Source of the DNA: an uncultured Mycoplasmatota bacterium
GTDB taxonomy: Bacteria > Bacillota_I > Bacilli_A > RF39 > UBA660
Assembly: GCA_947646095.1 (NCBI GenBank)
Contig: CANSFI010000001.1
Coordinates: 8,402-72,401 of the forward strand
DNA: 64,000 bases
Reading direction: 5' to 3'
The notes below the pieces were generated by a model that made no database searches, had not been told where the DNA came from, and saw only the letters and a program-made list of their open reading frames with translations. How positions within the stretch are numbered: position 1 is the stretch's first letter; every line of letters begins with the position of its first letter. Of this stretch, positions 9,306-18,366 are shown piece after piece. Made by a program: the position numbers and the translations under genes.

Positions 9306-10336
9306 CCTTTACATTAGTAGAATTAATAGGGGTAATAACACTACTTGGATTAATCATGATAATAGTAACACCACCAATAATAAATCAAATAAGAAATAGT
9401 GAAGGTAAACTAGATGAAGCAATAGAGACTTTAATTTATTCAGCTACTGATTTATATATAGATAGTAAAAAAAATGATTATCCTAAAAATAATGATAATA
9501 TATATTGTGTAACATTAAAAGAATTAGTAGATGATGGAAAATTAAAAGAACCAATTTTAAATAGTAAAGGAAAAGAAATAGATTTAAATAAATATGTAAA
9601 AATAGAAGTAAAAAATAACCAATATAAATATTTAATAACAGATGAATGTAGTGGTATAATACAAAGTAGTATTTTAACATCTACTGATGCTTGTTTAAAA
9701 GATGGTAGTGTTTGTTCAAATGGAGTATTAGTAAACGTTAAAGTAAATGATAATGAAGATTATGACTTTTATATAATTGATGATGATGGTGAAAATCTAA
9801 CACTTATAATGAATCAAAACTTGGGTGATAATGTTGCTTGGATAATTAAAGAAGATTATATAGCTTTTGGAGGAACTACATCTACTTGGAGTAATAGTAG
9901 CAGCGGTAGAATTAATACGAAAGGTCCAAGAACAGCACTTAAAACATTGGAAGAAAGAACATCTGATTGGACAAATATACCATTAATGACTTATGTATTA
10001 ATAGATGATAAACCAGATGCTGATGGAACAACAGCAAGATATTCACCAATTGAAATAAAGAATCTAAGAGCAAGAATGTTGACTTATACAGAAGCAGTAT
10101 CATTGGGATGTGAATTTAATAAAAGTGGTTCTTGTCCAGAGTATTTAAGGGAAAATTTAGTTGTTGCATCAACTTCAGGACAACCATCAGCATATTGGTT
10201 ATCAACAGCCCGTTCTTTCTCCAATACTTATACAGATGCATTTAAAATAATGACAAATACTCTTGGCGGTGATTATGCATATGATATTAATTTTACAGGA
10301 GTAAGACCAGTAATAAAAATTTCTAAAAAAGCATAA
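9257..10336 (+). CDS. Prepilin-type protein (paralog 3) with IS-scar-derived leader and Ala at position -1
   Basis: MKNNTLKNEKKKITTLA|FTLVELIGVITLLGLIMI. The C-terminal ~200 aa are paralogous to 2715-3815 (NGVLVNVKVND..., YWLSTA..., GVRPVIKIS). Confidence 0.8.
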   Translation: MKNNTLKNEKKKITTLAFTLVELIGVITLLGLIMIIVTPPIINQIRNSEGKLDEAIETLIYSATDLYIDSKKNDYPKNNDNIYCVTLKELVDDGKLKEPILNSKGKEIDLNKYVKIEVKNNQYKYLITDECSGIIQSSILTSTDACLKDGSVCSNGVLVNVKVNDNEDYDFYIIDDDGENLTLIMNQNLGDNVAWIIKEDYIAFGGTTSTWSNSSSGRINTKGPRTALKTLEERTSDWTNIPLMTYVLIDDKPDADGTTARYSPIEIKNLRARMLTYTEAVSLGCEFNKSGSCPEYLRENLVVASTSGQPSAYWLSTARSFSNTYTDAFKIMTNTLGGDYAYDINFTGVRPVIKISKKA

Positions 10337-10340
10337 AACG

Positions 10341-10365
10341 ACACTAAATATAGTGTTTTTTTTTT
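10341..10365 (+). terminator. Rho-independent terminator directly upstream of spoIIGA
   Basis: ACACTA-AATA-TAGTGT hairpin followed by 9 T residues. Confidence 0.6.
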
Positions 10366-10385
10366 ATAATGAAAATGGTGATAAA

Positions 10386-11174
10386 ATGAAAATATATTTA
10401 GATTTAGTTTTAATTCTTAATTTTATCTTTGATTTTTTATTACTTGCATCAGTGTCAATATTTTTAAGAAGAAACGTAACTTTAACTAGACTTATTTTAG
10501 GAGCTTTTATAGGAAGTATTAGTATATTATGTTTATTTATAAATATCAATTCATTTGAACTATTTGTAATTAAAATATTTATAAGTATTTTAATGGTATT
10601 AATAACATTTAATTATAGAAGTATAAAATATACTTTAAAAAATATGTTTTATTTATATACAACTAGTATGATATTAGGAGGATTTTTATATTTCTTAAAT
10701 GTAGAGTTTTCTTATAAACAAATAGGTATGGTTTTTTATCATAATGGACTTAGTATAAATGTAATAGTATTAATAATTTTATCACCACTAATACTATATT
10801 TTTATACAAAACAAATTAAAGAGTTAAAAAATAATTATAGTAATTATTATAAAGTAAAAATAAAAATGGATAAGCATATAATTAATTGTAATGGATTTCT
10901 AGATACAGGAAATAAATTAGAAGATCCATACTTTCATAAGCCAGTTATAATTTTAGATAAAAGAAAAATAGTTTTTGATATAAACGAATTTGAAATGATA
11001 TTAGTACCAATTCTAACAGTAAATGGTACTAGTATGATTAAGTGTTTTAAAGCAGATTATATAGATATAGAAGGAATAGGAATTAAAAATAATTTTTTAA
11101 TAGGTATTATGGAAGATAAAATTAAAATAGATGGAGTAGATGTAATTTTAAATACTAAGTTATTGGAGGGATAA
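10386..11174 (+). CDS. spoIIGA: Sigma-E processing aspartic peptidase SpoIIGA
   Basis: MKIYLDLVLILNFIFDFLLL with multi-TM N-terminal half, catalytic GFLDTGNKLEDP, position immediately before sigE, and RBS GGTGA. The upstream in-frame ATG at 10353 lies in the terminator. Confidence 0.9.
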   Translation: MKIYLDLVLILNFIFDFLLLASVSIFLRRNVTLTRLILGAFIGSISILCLFININSFELFVIKIFISILMVLITFNYRSIKYTLKNMFYLYTTSMILGGFLYFLNVEFSYKQIGMVFYHNGLSINVIVLIILSPLILYFYTKQIKELKNNYSNYYKVKIKMDKHIINCNGFLDTGNKLEDPYFHKPVIILDKRKIVFDINEFEMILVPILTVNGTSMIKCFKADYIDIEGIGIKNNFLIGIMEDKIKIDGVDVILNTKLLEG

Positions 11175-11175
11175 G

Positions 11176-11868
11176 ATGATAAAGAAAATAATTGATTTTA
11201 TAATTAGAATTTTTAATGAAAATGTTGGTATTTTTTATGTTGGAAGTGCTGATAAATTACCAGAACCATTATCTAAAGAAGAAGAAATTAAATATGTTGA
11301 ACTTTCTATGAATGGAGATGAAATGGCAAGAGCAAAACTTATAGAACATAATTTAAGATTGGTAGTTTTTTTATCTAAAAAATATGAAAATACTAATGTA
11401 GATTTAGAAGATTTAGTAAGTATTGGAACAATAGGTTTAATTAAAGGAGTTAATACTTATAAATTAGACAAAAATATTAAACTTGCAACCTATGCATCTC
11501 GTTGTATAGATAATGAAATATTAATGTTTTTAAGGAAAAATAAAAAAAGAAGAGGAGAAGTAAGTTTTGAAGATAGTTTAAGTTATGATGCTGAGGGAAA
11601 TGAACTACACTTAGAAGATATTTTAGGAACTGAATCTGATATAGTAACTAAAAACTTAGAACAAGAAACAGATAAAAAACTATTATATGACGAAATATCT
11701 AAATTAAATGGTCGTGATAAACAAATAATGATTTTAAGATATGGATTATATGGTAGAGAAGAAATGACTCAAAAAGATGTAGCAACTGTTTTAGGAATAT
11801 CACAATCATACATATCTAGAATTGAAAAAAAAGTTATTAGAAGACTTAAAAATTTAATGAAAATATAA
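11176..11868 (+). CDS. sigE: Sporulation sigma factor E (pro-sigma-E)
   Basis: N-terminal pro-sequence, then YVGSADKLPEPLSKEEE, LIEHNLRLVVFLSKKY, ATYASRCIDNEILMFLRK, and a region 4 HTH. RBS GGAGGG. Confidence 0.93.
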   Translation: MIKKIIDFIIRIFNENVGIFYVGSADKLPEPLSKEEEIKYVELSMNGDEMARAKLIEHNLRLVVFLSKKYENTNVDLEDLVSIGTIGLIKGVNTYKLDKNIKLATYASRCIDNEILMFLRKNKKRRGEVSFEDSLSYDAEGNELHLEDILGTESDIVTKNLEQETDKKLLYDEISKLNGRDKQIMILRYGLYGREEMTQKDVATVLGISQSYISRIEKKVIRRLKNLMKI

Positions 11869-12215
11869 TTAATTATTTTAGAATAATAAAAAGGACGATT
11901 ATGAAATAGATTTATAATTGTCTTATTTTAATATTAATTGTTTGATCCAAGTTTTATGATTATTGGTAATATGTTGTTTTTTTTTAATATCAATAAAAGG
12001 TTTTGTTGATAAAGTTAAAAAGTACGAAGATATTATATATGAACATTAAGATGAAGAACTTAAAAGATAAAATATAATATATTTATTCTAAAAATAATTT
12101 ATTTTTATATTCAAAAGTTATTTTCCTAATTATAAAGTATATTTAATTATTTAAAGAGTAATAAGTATAGATAAAAAATATAAAGAAGCGAGACATACAA
12201 AAATATACTATAATT

Positions 12216-12243
12216 AATAAAAAAGCAAAATGTTATCTTGCTT
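12216..12243 (-). terminator. Terminator of the minus-strand sigG-containing unit
   Basis: On the minus strand AAGCAA-9 nt-TTGCTT is followed by TTTTTT. Confidence 0.45.
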
Positions 12244-12295
12244 CTGTTATGAAAAGTTATTATTTACATTAAGATTTTATTTTACAATTAATTAA

Positions 12296-12820
12296 CTACC
12301 TTTTTTTATAAGTTTTAACAAAAGGTTGTTTTTCTTTTTCTAATTCATCTATTTTAGTATCTATCTGTTTAACTAATTCATCATCAATTTCTTCTTTTGT
12401 TTCAAATTGATTGAATGATTCTATATTATTTATACTTTCCTTAGTTTCTTCTTTAGTTGATTTATTATTTATAACACATTTTACTGAATTATTAGAATCT
12501 GAATTATCTTCATTTTTTAATTTTTCATATTTTTCTTTTAATTTTTCATATTTTGGATTAGTTAAATTATCATGTAAAACATAAGAGAAAAATGTTAAAG
12601 AAATTCCACCTGTCATTAGAGTTCCTATTAATGGTAAGAGAAAGTTTGTAACAATTGGTAGCGATATAATACATCCAACACATATAATATCTAACATAAT
12701 TTTAAATGGACCAACTAAATCAGGAACTGACTTTCCAATTGGGAAAAATGCATCAAAAAGAGCTTCTTTTCTATATTCTTTAATTTCATTTTTTATTTTT
12801 TTTAATTCATTATTTTTCAT
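12296..12820 (-). CDS. Hypothetical membrane protein with an acidic/lysine-rich C-terminal tail
   Basis: 174-aa ORF with two hydrophobic helices, downstream of sigG on the same strand. No family recognised. Confidence 0.45.
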   Translation of the reverse strand: MKNNELKKIKNEIKEYRKEALFDAFFPIGKSVPDLVGPFKIMLDIICVGCIISLPIVTNFLLPLIGTLMTGGISLTFFSYVLHDNLTNPKYEKLKEKYEKLKNEDNSDSNNSVKCVINNKSTKEETKESINNIESFNQFETKEEIDDELVKQIDTKIDELEKEKQPFVKTYKKR

Positions 12821-12907
12821 AATTCACCTCTTTAATGGCTAATATTATAATATAAATGTATGAATTTGTAAATAAAAAAATGATAATAAAAATTACCATT
12901 AAAATAA

Positions 12908-13684
12908 TTATTCAACCATTTTTTTAATGTTATCAATACCACTTTTTTCAAGTCTGGATATTTGAGCTTGTGATATTCCTAATTCATTTGCAAGTTCTAC
13001 TTGTGTTTTGCCAACTAAAAATCTTTCACATAAAATAAATCTTTCTTTTTCTTTTAATTTATTTAAAGCCTCTTTAACAGCTATTTTAGTATCTAAATCA
13101 TAATAATTATCTTTTTTGTCTTCTAATTGATCAGATAAATAAATAGTATCACTACCATCATTATATATAGGTTCAAACATACTAATAGTATCTTTCATAG
13201 AATTTATAGCCATAGCTACATCAACTTCTGGAACATTCATAGCTTGAGCTATTTCTTTAATACTGGGTTCTCTTTCGTTATTAATAGACAATTCTTCTTT
13301 TTTTTGTAATGCATGAAATGCTAAATCTTTAATACTACGAGATATTCTTACACTACTATTATCTCTTAAGTATCTTTTAATTTCCCCCATAATCATAGGA
13401 ACACTATAGGTAGAAAATTTAACATCATAATTTAAGTCAAAATTTTCAATAGCTTTTATTAAACCAACACATCCAACCTGAAATAAATCATCCATATTTT
13501 CATTTCGATTAGTAAACTTCTTTAAAATACTTAATACTAATTTTAAATTACAATTAATAAGTCTATCTTTCGCAAAACAATCACCTTCATGCATTTTTTT
13601 AAATAGTGTCATTTGTTCTTCATTAGATAAGACTTCAATATTCGCAGTATTCACGCCACTTATTTCTACTTTATGACGTGACAT
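12908..13684 (-). CDS. sigG: Forespore sigma factor G
   Basis: MSRHKVEISGVNTANIEVLSNEE..., DDLFQVGCVGLIKAIENFD, FSTYSVPMIMGEIKRYLRDNSSVRISRS. RBS AAGGAG 7 nt before ATG 13684, so the ORF-track start at 13699 is less likely. SigF cannot be fully excluded by eye. Confidence 0.85.
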   Translation of the reverse strand: MSRHKVEISGVNTANIEVLSNEEQMTLFKKMHEGDCFAKDRLINCNLKLVLSILKKFTNRNENMDDLFQVGCVGLIKAIENFDLNYDVKFSTYSVPMIMGEIKRYLRDNSSVRISRSIKDLAFHALQKKEELSINNEREPSIKEIAQAMNVPEVDVAMAINSMKDTISMFEPIYNDGSDTIYLSDQLEDKKDNYYDLDTKIAVKEALNKLKEKERFILCERFLVGKTQVELANELGISQAQISRLEKSGIDNIKKMVE

Positions 13685-13701
13685 ATTATCTCCTTTCATA
13701 T

Positions 13702-13732
13702 TAGTTATGATAAAATGATAAAAAAATTATAC
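13702..13732 (-). promoter_or_regulatory. Forespore-type (SigF/SigG-like) promoter candidate for sigG
   Basis: The minus strand reads GTATA-18 nt-CATAACTA, close to the GTATA / CATAnTA forespore consensus, about 20 nt upstream of the RBS. Confidence 0.4.
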
Positions 13733-14002
13733 ATTTAAATTAATAAACTACTTTTTTAAACCATATAAAAATAATTCTAAATTTAATGATAGCTATTTTA
13801 AAATTGATATAATAGTTGTTTATAATATTAAAATAGTAGAATCAAAAAGGCATAAATCAAAAAATATTAGAACATGTAAAAACTTTTCAAAAAGTTATTA
13901 ATAAATGTAATTAAAATAGCTAGTGAAAAGAAATGATAGTGGTTATTTACTCTTTTTTAGTTTAAAAATCTATGAATTTCATATACTTAAATAGGTGGTA
14001 TT

Positions 14003-14233
14003 ATGAGACTTTCTGATTTACAAAATAAAGATATCGTTAATATAACAGATGGTAGAAAAATAGGTAATATTATCGATATTAATATAAGTGTACAAGGACA
14101 TATGGAAGGTTTGATAGTTGAAAAAAGCAAATTTTTAGTTTCGATGTTTTCAAATAAAGATGAAATAGAAGTTAAATGGAATCAAATTGAGAAAATAGGT
14201 GAAGATGTTATTTTAGTTAGACTTACATTGTAA
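14003..14233 (+). CDS. ylmC: YlmC/YmxH-family sporulation protein (PRC-barrel)
   Basis: MRLSDLQNKDIVNITDGRKIGNIIDI... is the typical 76-aa family member that lies near sigG in Bacilli and Clostridia. Confidence 0.8.
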   Translation: MRLSDLQNKDIVNITDGRKIGNIIDINISVQGHMEGLIVEKSKFLVSMFSNKDEIEVKWNQIEKIGEDVILVRLTL

Positions 14234-14313
14234 ATATTACAAATTATTAATAATTTATGATTTGATTTACTTAATAAAATATAAGTGCTATAATTAAATT
14301 GGAGATGGTAGAA

Positions 14314-15360
14314 ATGGATAAAATAAAAATAAATATGTTATCTAGTGCTGAAAAAGTAGAGGGTCAAGGAGTAAAAAGTGCTTATTTAGAACAAGTTAAT
14401 CTTCTAAAAAGAGGCGCAAGTGATATATTTGATATTTCAATTAATAGTATTAAAAAAGCTGATATAATTCATCATCACACTATAGATTTAGAACATTTTT
14501 TTAGAATGCAAGCTAGTGATTCTATTAATGTTGCATATGTTCATTTTTTGCCTACTACTTTAGATGGTAGTATAAAATTACCTAAAGCAATATTTCCAGT
14601 CTTTAAAAAATATGTTATTAATTTTTATAATAGTGCAGATTACTTAGTAGTCGTTAATCCTAGCTTTATTAAAGATTTAGTAGCTTGTGGTATTGAGAAA
14701 GATAAAATAGTATATATACCTAATTATGTATCTAAAGAAAAGTTTTATAAAAAAAATAAAGAGGAAAATAAAAAAATTAGACAAAAATATGGCTTTAAAG
14801 AAGATGACTTTATTGTATTAGGAGCAGGTCAAGTTCAAACTAGAAAAGGTGTTAAGGAATTTGTTGAAGTAGCTAAAAAAACACCTGATATTTCTTATAT
14901 ATGGTGTGGCGGATTCTCTTTTGGAAAAATGACAGATGGTTATGATCAACTAAAAGATATAGTTGATAATCCCCCTAAGAATGTTAAATTTTTAGGAATT
15001 GTACCAAGGGAAGAGATGAATGATATATATAATATAGCTGATATTCTATTTGTACCTTCATATAATGAATTATTCCCAATGACTATATTAGAAGCCGTTA
15101 ATGTTAATAAACCATTACTTCTTAGAAATTTAGACTTATATAAAGATATTTTATTTGATAAATATTTATTTGGTAATAATAATAAAGAATTTATAGAAAA
15201 AATAAATGAATTAAAAAATAGTAAAGAGTTATATAATAAATATAGTAAATATTCTAAAGAAATAAGTGAATTTTATTCTAAGGAAAATGTATTAAAATTA
15301 TGGATAAAATTTTATACTAAAATTTATAATGAAAGAAAAGATAAGCTAGTAAACAACTAG
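14314..15360 (+). CDS. Glycosyltransferase family 4 (GT-B, GT1 clan)
   Basis: GQGV...HHH N-terminal domain. C-terminal RKGVKEF...LFVPSYNELFPMTILEA (EX7E-type motif). ATG 14314 is preferred because GGAG lies 9 nt upstream. Confidence 0.75.
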   Translation: MDKIKINMLSSAEKVEGQGVKSAYLEQVNLLKRGASDIFDISINSIKKADIIHHHTIDLEHFFRMQASDSINVAYVHFLPTTLDGSIKLPKAIFPVFKKYVINFYNSADYLVVVNPSFIKDLVACGIEKDKIVYIPNYVSKEKFYKKNKEENKKIRQKYGFKEDDFIVLGAGQVQTRKGVKEFVEVAKKTPDISYIWCGGFSFGKMTDGYDQLKDIVDNPPKNVKFLGIVPREEMNDIYNIADILFVPSYNELFPMTILEAVNVNKPLLLRNLDLYKDILFDKYLFGNNNKEFIEKINELKNSKELYNKYSKYSKEISEFYSKENVLKLWIKFYTKIYNERKDKLVNN

Positions 15361-15390
15361 TTTTTTTGATATAATTAAAAAGGTGAAAAC

Positions 15391-16356
15391 ATGAAAAAAT
15401 ATTTAAAATACATATCGATAATATTAATTATTTTACTTTTGATATTTATATATTTAACTAAAACAAATGAGTATAGTACTAATTTATTTTATATGGATAC
15501 TTATATTAGTATTAAAATAAATGACAATAATAAAAATAAAGTAAAAAGAGCTTTTAAAGAAGCTGAAAACTTATATAAAACTTATCATAATTTAACTGAT
15601 CGTTATAATAAATCTAGTCAATTATATCTAATCAATCATACAAAAGATAAAACTAAGATAGATAAAGAATTATATAATTTAATTAAATATTCTTATGATT
15701 GGTATTTTAAAACTGATGGATTATTCAATATAAATATGGGTAGTATTATTGATGTTTGGGCATATTATCGAGATAATAAAAAAGGTATACCAGATATATC
15801 AGAATTACAATTTGATAATAATATAGATAATATTATTTTATTAGATAATAATGAGATTATAAATAAAGGCAATATTGATTTAGGAGGTATAGTTAAAGGT
15901 TATGTGACTAAATTAGTTGGTGAATGCTTTGAAAAAATAGGTATTAAAGACTATATTATAAATGCTGGAGGTAATGTTTTAGTTGGAAAAAAGACTAAAG
16001 ATAATTATAAAATAGGAATAGAAAGCCCTTTAAAAGATGGAAACATATATCAAATAGTAAATGGCAATAATATAAGTGTAGTAACAAGTGGTAGTTATGA
16101 AAGATTTTATGAATATGAAGGACAAATATACCATCATATTATAAATCCTAATACTTTGTATCCTAGTAATTATATGAAAAGTGTAACAATAATTAGTAAC
16201 GATAGTGCTTTAGCTGATATATTATCAACAACTTTATTTTTAATGCCAATTGAAAAAGGAAAAGAATATTTAAAAAAGTTTAACAATGTTGAAGCAATTT
16301 GGTATGATAATAATAACAACATTATAAAGACAGAAGGATTTAGTAAATATGAATAA
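15391..16356 (+). CDS. apbE: FAD:protein FMN transferase (ApbE family), membrane-anchored
   Basis: FYMDTYISIKI, DLGGIVKGY, SGSYERF...HHIINPNT motifs. N-terminal signal/anchor. Confidence 0.85.
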   Translation: MKKYLKYISIILIILLLIFIYLTKTNEYSTNLFYMDTYISIKINDNNKNKVKRAFKEAENLYKTYHNLTDRYNKSSQLYLINHTKDKTKIDKELYNLIKYSYDWYFKTDGLFNINMGSIIDVWAYYRDNKKGIPDISELQFDNNIDNIILLDNNEIINKGNIDLGGIVKGYVTKLVGECFEKIGIKDYIINAGGNVLVGKKTKDNYKIGIESPLKDGNIYQIVNGNNISVVTSGSYERFYEYEGQIYHHIINPNTLYPSNYMKSVTIISNDSALADILSTTLFLMPIEKGKEYLKKFNNVEAIWYDNNNNIIKTEGFSKYE

Positions 16357-16714
16357 AAAAGATTTACAATTAATAATTGTTTTAATATTAATATCAGTAA
16401 ATATTTTATTTGGGTTTAAAATAGTTAATCAAAAAGAAAACAAGAAAGCAATTGTTTATTATGAAAATAAAGAAATTTTATCAATTGATTTAAATGATAA
16501 GCAAGAAAAAACTTATGAAGTAGAAGGTTATAATGGAAAAGTTAAAATTGTATCTAAAAATGGCAAAGTAAAAGTATTAGAAGAAAAAAGTCCTCTACAT
16601 TTATGTTCTAAACAAGGTTATATTAGCGCTTCTTATGAAACTATAGTATGTTTACCTAATAAAATAGTAATTAAAATAAAAACTAGTAATAATTTAGATA
16701 CAATAGTAAAATAG
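16349..16714 (+). CDS. NusG domain II-containing protein
   Basis: N-terminal TM, then beta-rich YEVEGYNGKVKIVSKNGKVKVLEEKSPLHLCSKQGYIS...IVCLPNKIVIKI. Overlaps the apbE stop. Confidence 0.7.
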   Translation: MNKKDLQLIIVLILISVNILFGFKIVNQKENKKAIVYYENKEILSIDLNDKQEKTYEVEGYNGKVKIVSKNGKVKVLEEKSPLHLCSKQGYISASYETIVCLPNKIVIKIKTSNNLDTIVK

Positions 16715-16721
16715 GTGAATT

Positions 16722-17228
16722 ATGGAATTAAAAAAATATACAAGATTATCTCTTTTTATAGCACTCTCAGTTGTTTTAAATTTAATAGAGAGTATTATTC
16801 CTATATTTAATGGATATATTCCTGGACTAAAATTAGGTTTAGCTAATACCATTATTTTATTTGTTTTATATACTTATTCTTTTAAAGATGCCTTATATGT
16901 ATCAATTGTTAGAGTATTTGTTGTAGGTATTCTTAGAACAGGAATTTTTAGTGTTAGTTTTTTCTTTAGCTTAGGTGGAGCTTTCTTAAGCATTATTATG
17001 ATGTCTATTATAAAAAAAATAAGTCATTTATCAATAATTGGAATAAGTATTATTGGTTCAGTTTTCCATAGTTTAGGACAAATAATAATAGCTACAATAT
17101 TTATAAAAACCAATACATTATATTATTTATCTTGGTTAATATTATTTTCCATACCAACAGGAATAATAACTGGAATAATAGCAAAAGAATTAATAAAAGT
17201 ATTTGAAAAAATAGACTTAAAATATTGA
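16722..17228 (+). CDS. Gx transporter family protein (heptaprenyl diphosphate synthase component I-like)
   Basis: LNLIESIIPIFNGYIPGLKLGLANTIILF...VRVFVVGILRTG is the family core. Confidence 0.75.
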   Translation: MELKKYTRLSLFIALSVVLNLIESIIPIFNGYIPGLKLGLANTIILFVLYTYSFKDALYVSIVRVFVVGILRTGIFSVSFFFSLGGAFLSIIMMSIIKKISHLSIIGISIIGSVFHSLGQIIIATIFIKTNTLYYLSWLILFSIPTGIITGIIAKELIKVFEKIDLKY

Positions 17229-17273
17229 CAATTTAGTTTTAAAGGATTATATTATCTTCTTAAGAGGTATATT

Positions 17274-18299
17274 ATGAATGAATTAAGCAATAATAAATTT
17301 TTTCTATTTAAAAATTATTTTGATTTACTATATAATTTAAATAAAACATATCAAACTTTAGAATCATTAAAAAAAGATGAACAAAAAAGTTTAAATGATT
17401 GCAAAAAAAATTTATTAAATAAGAAAAAAATGATTAAAAATCAAAAGGATTTATTAGAAGAGACTAGAAAATTACTACTAACAAAAGAACAATTATTTAA
17501 TAAAGAATATAATCAAACATTTAAAATAGAATTAGACAAAATAAATATTAAATTAGAAGTATTATTAAGAACTCAAATGGATAATGATAACAAAATAATA
17601 CAATTATCTTATCAAATAAATGTTCTTAATAAAAGAACTGGTAAACATAAAAATAAAATAGTAGAATTAGAGGAAATTTTAAATAAAGTTAAAGAACAAA
17701 TTAAATTAGAATATGATAAAATAATCTGGAGTGATTTATTAAAAAAAACTAATATAGGTATTCCAAGCTATTTAAATAATATAAAAAATAATGAATTAAA
17801 AGAAGAATTAATTAAATTATTTAAAACAAATGTACAAATAGAAAATAGTTTAATTAGAATGATTTATAATTGTTCTAAACAAATTATTAAAGATGAAAAT
17901 TTTAAAAATATTAGTTTAATTATTGAGAATATTAGTTTTATATTAAATGTTAATGAAAAAATTTATAAATTAATTTATAAATTAAGTGAAATAAATAAAA
18001 TTAATAATAATACAATTGGTTCTTTAAAGGAATTAACATCTTTATTAAATAATGTTTTAACATCTACTAAAGTAGATAATAAAATAATATCATTAGATTT
18101 GGAAAATTTAAAAGTAGAAACAGAATTAAATGATTATATTGTAAATAAAAATTGCAGACCACCTATTTTATTTAAATCACAAATATTAAGCCAAACATTA
18201 ATTTCAGAAGTAGTTTGTGATATAGATAAATTAACTAATGAATATTTAAGTAATAAAATGGTAAAATCATATGTAAATAAAAAGACTAGTAATAAATAA
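17274..18299 (+). CDS. Hypothetical coiled-coil protein
   Basis: 341 aa, K/E/N/L-rich heptad-like sequence. No signal peptide and no family recognised. Confidence 0.45.
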   Translation: MNELSNNKFFLFKNYFDLLYNLNKTYQTLESLKKDEQKSLNDCKKNLLNKKKMIKNQKDLLEETRKLLLTKEQLFNKEYNQTFKIELDKINIKLEVLLRTQMDNDNKIIQLSYQINVLNKRTGKHKNKIVELEEILNKVKEQIKLEYDKIIWSDLLKKTNIGIPSYLNNIKNNELKEELIKLFKTNVQIENSLIRMIYNCSKQIIKDENFKNISLIIENISFILNVNEKIYKLIYKLSEINKINNNTIGSLKELTSLLNNVLTSTKVDNKIISLDLENLKVETELNDYIVNKNCRPPILFKSQILSQTLISEVVCDIDKLTNEYLSNKMVKSYVNKKTSNK

Positions 18300-18366
18300 T
18301 TTAGTCTTTTTTTCTTGATATTACAAAATATTTATTATAAAATTAATGTAACATAGGGAGGATATT

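Noticed and set aside
11869-14002. Inverted repeats at the borders of the inverted sigG segment, which would mark a recent or reversible inversion.
   Set aside because: Only short AT-rich matches of about 10 nt were found (for example AAAGAGTAA-type), which is not above chance for this composition.
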